From: Mytilus californianus
Taxonomy: Eukaryota
Direction of reading: 5' to 3'
Assembly (NCBI RefSeq): GCF_021869535.1
Contig: NW_026262734.1
Location: 64,108,001 to 64,172,000 of the forward strand
DNA: 64,000 nucleotides
The notes below the pieces were generated by a model. The model searched no databases. It saw nothing but the letters and a program-made list of their open reading frames with translations, and was not told where the DNA came from. This document shows, piece by piece, positions 63,997-64,000 of the stretch; positions within the stretch are counted from its first letter, which is position 1; each line of letters starts with the position of its first letter. Position numbers and translations under genes: made by a program.

Positions 63997-64000
63997 AGAC

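Larger units (their letters stand above)
54325..64000 (+). mobile_element. Penelope-like RT pseudogene in three pieces (54325-55119, 61425-61615, from 63997)
   Basis: LYWIPKLHKIPYKQRYIAGSS, FDFSTLYTTIPH and GIPMGTNCAPLLADLFLF, then after the insertion SYESEFLQ...FRYIDDVLS...YPPELELKETT...ASF, then (L)D. The frame rejoins across both insertions. Confidence 0.9.

Noticed and set aside
1-64000. tRNA, rRNA or other structured ncRNA genes
   Set aside because: No cloverleaf, rRNA or snRNA signature was recognised by eye. A covariance-model scan would be needed to exclude them.

Overview
AT-rich animal genomic DNA. The repeat repertoire resembles a bivalve, probably mytilid (inference). There are two head-to-head host genes. 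On the minus strand is MZT2/MOZART2 (two coding exons, 11758-11640 and 10003-9757, 121 aa). On the plus strand is an OSBP-type oxysterol-binding protein (PH, coiled-coil, FFAT and ORD domains; 13 exon positions, 17587-47525). The window opens with the 3' half of a Ty3/Gypsy LTR retrotransposon: RT-RNaseH-integrase with one stop and one frameshift, a long integrase tail with three chromodomain-like modules, a PPT and a 3' LTR. It closes with a nested TE stack: a Penelope-like RT interrupted by a MULE that itself holds a two-gene Kolobok, and separately by a Helentron-type element carrying a 165-bp satellite. Many MITEs, SINE-like repeats and HINE-type elements fill the introns. The most notable observations are: (1) a 13-copy tandem array in which every unit contains the MZT2 branch point, 3' splice site and start codon; (2) two tandem 118-nt, apparently mutually exclusive OSBP exons encoding alternative versions of the EQVSHHPP lipid-binding signature; (3) two further, older tandem duplications of OSBP splice junctions. 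All calls were made by eye and no database searches were run.
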